From a virus (Duplodnaviria; Caudoviricetes): a DNA stretch of 38,715 bases. The notes below the pieces were generated by a model. It was given only the letters and a program-made list of their open reading frames with translations, made no database searches and was not told the origin of the DNA. Position 1 is the stretch's first letter, and each line of letters begins with the position of its first letter. The stretch spans positions 1 through 38,715 of IMG/VR virus record IMGVR_UViG_3300032320_001552; one strand, given 5' to 3'. Of this stretch, positions 35,732 to 38,715 are shown one piece after another. The position numbers and the translations under genes were made by a program.

Positions 35732-35758
35732 GAGCAGTTTTTATTCTTGCTCAGGAAT
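35732..35758 (-). ncRNA. CUGAG pseudoknot element
   Basis: attc-CTGAGCAA-gaat-AAAAACTGCTC. Confidence 0.7.
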
Positions 35759-35766
35759 TTTTTTAT

Positions 35767-35946
35767 TTAGTAAGTGTTTGCGCTACACGCTTCAATAAAT
35801 TTATCAAATTTAAAGTTTGCGTTATCCTCTGCAAAAAATGCAGCGAAGTCATCAACTAAATCATGAAAAGTAAATTCATCACCGATTAAATCTTTATAAG
35901 ATGAAAGAATTTCTGCAACTGCTACATAGTCTTTGCGAGTCATCAT
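35767..35946 (-). CDS. 59-aa phage protein (MTRKDY...DN..F....F..AC)
   Basis: TAATG coupling. Confidence 0.72.
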   Translation of the reverse strand: MMTRKDYVAVAEILSSYKDLIGDEFTFHDLVDDFAAFFAEDNANFKFDKFIEACSANTY

Positions 35947-36152
35947 TACTTGGCCACCTTTAGAATTGCATAAGAGCCACCTTCGTTAATTTCATCTAGG
36001 GCACTCTGAATGCGTGGGGCAAGTAATTCTTTTAGCATTGACTCTAGCATGTGTACTTGGTCAATTTCTGAAAGTGAGAGTAGTCGCATTCCTACTGGGT
36101 GAGTTTCGTCAACCTCAGTTACGAATTTTAAGTTGTGTTCTATTTTTACCAT
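35946..36152 (-). CDS. Hypothetical protein
   Basis: ORF track. Confidence 0.72.
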   Translation of the reverse strand: MVKIEHNLKFVTEVDETHPVGMRLLSLSEIDQVHMLESMLKELLAPRIQSALDEINEGGSYAILKVAK

Positions 36153-36178
36153 TAGTTATTGTCCTTTTCTTTTTGTTG

Positions 36179-36322
36179 TTAGTTGTTCTCAGGGGTTGAG
36201 AATAGTTTAGTGCATGCACACTTTACAATAGCAATTTCGTTGCCAGACATTGAGACGGTTGCAAGAGTTTCACACTCGTCGCAGATAGTTACATATTCTA
36301 ATTCATCTAGTAGATTTCCCAT
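36179..36322 (-). CDS. Small CxxC/CxC protein
   Basis: Start trimmed to MGNLLDEL; N-terminus similar to 34697-34879. Confidence 0.65.
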   Translation of the reverse strand: MGNLLDELEYVTICDECETLATVSMSGNEIAIVKCACTKLFSTPENN

Positions 36323-36507
36323 TAGATAGCCTTCTTTCCATGTAGGACACCACGAACACCTAGCAAGTCGCAAGAAACTTTAACGCTAATACCCATTGGC
36401 AATTTGCTTGGATATTGGTTGATAAATTGAGCAACCTGCCCACTTGTAGATAACGGAATTTGAGTAACCTCTCCGTTAAAGGTTTCTAGTTTTATAGTAT
36501 AAGTCAT
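36322..36507 (-). CDS. Hypothetical protein
   Basis: ORF track. Confidence 0.72.
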   Translation of the reverse strand: MTYTIKLETFNGEVTQIPLSTSGQVAQFINQYPSKLPMGISVKVSCDLLGVRGVLHGKKAI

Positions 36508-36855
36508 CTTGACTTCCTTTCTTTATTTGATAGGACTATCCTACCACTACCCACCGACAAAAGTGCCACTTATTTGCTAAGGCTCATTGTGATTTGTATC
36601 ACACTTATTTGCTTAGGCTCATTAGCCTTTTTGTCCTTATTTAGTTTTTCTTACTCCGTAAGTCTAACACACTTACCCTGAAAAGTCAAGACGACACGCC
36701 GAGTTTTAGGAAAGTTTTTGTGTGTTTCTTATCACATCCGACACGCCCGAGTGCGGCGGCCCCAAAATTTCATTCTTTTATGTGTGAATAAAATCCTAAG
36801 AATAAACAAATAAAAGAAAACCAAAACAATGCGTTACCGCTAATAAAAAAGTTGT

Positions 36856-37029
36856 TCAATTATTTTTCTCCAATTCTAAATCACTTTTAAACATTGCAAG
36901 AATTCTTTCTCTTTCAATATCTGTAAGGCTTGCCCATAGGTAACCTGCTAGATAGTGAACGCCACTATCCTTATCGTTTCCACGGATTTGATTGCAAACG
37001 GCTAGAACTTCTTTTGTTTCTATATTCAC
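36856..37029 (-). CDS. 57-aa protein (YLAGYLWA)
   Basis: GGAGG RBS and GTG start. Confidence 0.6.
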   Translation of the reverse strand: MNIETKEVLAVCNQIRGNDKDSGVHYLAGYLWASLTDIERERILAMFKSDLELEKNN

Positions 37030-37202
37030 TACTTAACCTCCACTAGGTTAGTCTCTAGGACTATCCAACCTTCTATAACTTTTTGGCTTAGGTAGTCCCA
37101 AGCCTTAGTCTCGCTTTCGCAGAGAGCAATGATAGTACCTGTCCAGCCCATATTAGAGCCAACCCAAGTTAGTTGATATTTTTTATTTTTTAGTGTATTC
37201 AT
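37029..37202 (-). CDS. 57-aa hypothetical protein
   Basis: AGGAG RBS. Confidence 0.62.
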   Translation of the reverse strand: MNTLKNKKYQLTWVGSNMGWTGTIIALCESETKAWDYLSQKVIEGWIVLETNLVEVK

Positions 37203-37214
37203 TTTGTAAACTCC

Positions 37215-37337
37215 TTACTTACACATTACGCATATTGGTTGTGCTATCCAACCACCACCACATTTTTCACATTTATTGTAGCCCATAAGTTGAGCCATAG
37301 TAGGTGTTATTTCTTTTTCGAATATTCTATTTGTCAT
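37215..37337 (-). CDS. 40-aa CxxC-CxxC peptide
   Basis: MTNRIFEKEITPTMAQLMGYNKCEKCGGGWIAQPICVMCK; paralog at 38391. Confidence 0.72.
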   Translation of the reverse strand: MTNRIFEKEITPTMAQLMGYNKCEKCGGGWIAQPICVMCK

Positions 37338-37574
37338 TTTATTAACCTTTCTAGTTTAAGGACTTTCCTTAACTTTCTTTATACTAGAAGTATAACATGG
37401 GGGTCTGACATCTACTAGCCAGTAAGTAGGGCAAATCGGACATTTTGTTTTGTGATCTGTACCACATGCCTATCCCTAGGTCAATTAAGTCTCTGAGCAG
37501 GACTTTTAGAAGGGGGTCTAAATGTGAGTTACGCCACTTTTAACTTTTAGGCTGAGCAGGACTTTTCTCGTAGT

Positions 37575-37596
37575 TTATCCACAGAAGTTATCCACA
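37575..37596 (+). promoter_or_regulatory. Tandem perfect DnaA boxes
   Basis: TTATCCACA at 37575 and 37588. Confidence 0.7.
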
Positions 37597-37633
37597 GCCC
37601 CCGCCCCCAATTTTGCAAGGGGAATTAATTAAA

Positions 37634-37777
37634 TTAAAAATTAAGAAATTCTAGAAACCATTGCAAAAAGTTTAGGTGTTGATAAAGCATTACCAATTCA
37701 CCTAGATCTAAACTTTCATTTATCCAAGTTTGATATTGTGTGATTGATTCTTGCAATCCTATAATTGTTTTATTCAT
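37634..37777 (-). CDS. 47-aa hypothetical protein
   Basis: ATGA overlap. Confidence 0.5.
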   Translation of the reverse strand: MNKTIIGLQESITQYQTWINESLDLGELVMLYQHLNFLQWFLEFLNF

Positions 37778-37920
37778 TTCTTTACCTTATCTGCATATTT
37801 TGCATTTTCTGCACAATACAATTCGCATTGGCAATTCTTTACACCATTACGGTTATTTAGCATTAGATGACGATTATATTGCTGAATATAACCTAAGTTA
37901 TGAGTTAGTATGTTAGTCAT
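37774..37920 (-). CDS. 48-aa CxCxxxC protein
   Basis: TAATG coupling; GAGG RBS. Confidence 0.55.
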   Translation of the reverse strand: MTNILTHNLGYIQQYNRHLMLNNRNGVKNCQCELYCAENAKYADKVKK

Positions 37921-38078
37921 TAGATAACCTCAACTTCTAGGATAGTCCAACCGTCAGTAACGGCTGAGTCTAACATGTAGTTTATTGCTGACTCATTAGC
38001 CAACTTTAGTTTAGTAGTAACTGTCTCTACATTTCCGTAGCGACCAATTCTAGTCATTTTATACTTTAGTGAAAACAT
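37920..38078 (-). CDS. 52-aa hypothetical protein
   Basis: AAAGGA RBS; DGWTILE resembles EGWIVLE of 37029-37202. Confidence 0.62.
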   Translation of the reverse strand: MFSLKYKMTRIGRYGNVETVTTKLKLANESAINYMLDSAVTDGWTILEVEVI

Positions 38079-38241
38079 TTTGTTTTCCTTTCTTTGTTGA
38101 TAACCTTTATCAACTTTCTATGTGTATATAGTAACACCTACCACTGACATCTTTAGGGGTATAAAATACCCAATTCGGACATTTGGGATTGTGAGTTAGC
38201 ACACATTTTGCTTTCTCTCTGAGCAGGACTTTTATTAGAAG

Positions 38242-38262
38242 TTATCCACAAAGTTATCCACA
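38242..38262 (+). promoter_or_regulatory. Tandem perfect DnaA boxes
   Basis: TTATCCACA at 38242 and 38254. Confidence 0.7.
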
Positions 38263-38311
38263 GGGGGCGGCCCGTGTGGTGTAAATCACATGCGACACGC
38301 CGAGAATGGGC

Positions 38312-38340
38312 TTGACTTTTGGGGGGTAGTGTGCTAGAAT
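38312..38340 (+). promoter_or_regulatory. SigA promoter TTGACT-N17-TAGAAT (extended -10)
   Basis: ttgacttttggggggtagtgtgctagaat. Confidence 0.8.
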
Positions 38341-38390
38341 ACTAGTATTAGAAAGTTAGAGAAGGTCTCTAAACTAGAAAGGGTCAGAAA

Positions 38391-38513
38391 ATGACTAACA
38401 GAATATACGAAATAGAAATCTCACCAGTGTTCGCAGAGCACATGGGATACACCCACTGCTCAGAGTGTGGAGTAGGCCCGATAGCCTCTACCATATGTGT
38501 GATGTGCAAGTGA
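38391..38513 (+). CDS. 40-aa CxxC-CxxC peptide, paralog of 37215-37337
   Basis: MTNRIYEIEISPVFAEHMGYTHCSECGVGPIASTICVMCK. Confidence 0.72.
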   Translation: MTNRIYEIEISPVFAEHMGYTHCSECGVGPIASTICVMCK

Positions 38514-38687
38514 TGTAAATCACATAGACACACCCCCTCTAGGGCTTGACTTTTCAGGGTATGTGTGCTAGTATTACTACTATAACAATTAAATAGAAAT
38601 CCTAGTGAGCCTCCCAATAAGAGCAAATAACCTAGGTCAGCAAAAAGGTTAGAAAGTCTAACCAGTAAGAAAGAAAGGTTCACACAT

Positions 38688-38715
38688 ATGAACACTATCA
38701 CTAAAGAATTAGTAG
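38688..38715 (+). CDS. Start of a gene truncated by the window end
   Basis: GAAAGG RBS then ATG AAC ACT ATC. Confidence 0.5.

Larger units (their letters stand above)
28589..38149 (-). promoter_or_regulatory. Eleven PafBC/RecA-NDp-type promoters, TGTCDG-N10-TANNNT
   Basis: 28589-28610, 28926-28947, 30659-30680, 31544-31565, 32403-32424, 32674-32695, 33594-33615, 35141-35162, 36538-36559, 37389-37410, 38128-38149. Confidence 0.8.
26653..38274. repeat. Ten dispersed GC cores (G/C run - CGG or CCG - G/C run) at operon boundaries
   Basis: Near 26653, 29473, 30761, 31620, 33785, 35354, 35714, 36753, 37597, 38263; all intergenic. Confidence 0.8.
30745..38524. promoter_or_regulatory. About 12 CRP/GlxR-like palindromes TGTGA-N6-TCACA
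   Basis: Perfect at 30745, 31604, 32744, 36588; near-perfect at 35287, 35698, 36721, 37451, 37523, 38190, 38275, 38509. Confidence 0.75.
35172..38534 (+). promoter_or_regulatory. CGACACGCC (GACAC-containing) motifs
   Basis: 35172, 35340, 36692, 36739, 38293; variant GACACACC at 38527. Confidence 0.65.

Noticed and set aside
3628-35758. CUGAG...AAAC element as a hammerhead ribozyme
   Set aside because: It has CUGA and AAAC but not CUGANGA-stem II-GAAA with three stems; here CUGAG sits in a hairpin loop that pairs downstream.
32178-36199. Plus-strand ORFs 32178-32522, 33997-34311, 36014-36199 and similar
   Set aside because: Antisense to well-supported minus-strand operons; no RBS or promoter support.
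26653-38274. GC cores as ordinary intrinsic terminators
   Set aside because: Most cannot form a hairpin (for example GCCCCCGCCCCC) and lack a consistent U tract on the transcribed strand.
25900-38300. CRISPR array
   Set aside because: Repeats are short, irregularly spaced and separated by genes; no constant repeat-spacer period and no cas genes.
38384-38701. 105-aa minus-strand ORF
   Set aside because: Antisense to a + strand promoter, RBS and a gene with a clear paralog.

Overview
AT-rich segment of a large tailed-phage genome that almost certainly infects an actinobacterium, possibly a low-GC freshwater lineage (inference). Evidence: WhiB, CHAP/peptidoglycan-binding endolysin, holin-like proteins, Hsp20, DUF932, GP88-like protein, six tRNAs and many leaderless genes. 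The left ~23 kb is mostly + strand: membrane and lysis genes, an Ntn protease, redox and nuclease genes, a large glycosyl/methyltransferase cluster, 2OG-Fe(II) oxygenases and an M6-like protease. From ~23.3 kb to 38.2 kb everything is dense minus-strand small genes, and transcription diverges at ~38.27 kb. The most striking content is non-coding. The right-hand region is cut into about ten cassettes by short GC-only cores. Its promoters include 11 exact matches to the actinobacterial PafBC/RecA-NDp DNA-damage promoter pattern (TGTCDG-N10-TANNNT). These sit among arrays of apparent host-regulator sites: about 12 CRP/GlxR-like palindromes, 8 perfect DnaA boxes, an MraZ-like triple repeat and GACAC (WhiA-like) motifs. 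A small pseudoknot RNA with covariation in both helices occurs 9 times, and two candidate sRNAs carry anticodon-like loops. All calls were made by eye with no database search; small-ORF and motif coordinates were hand-counted.
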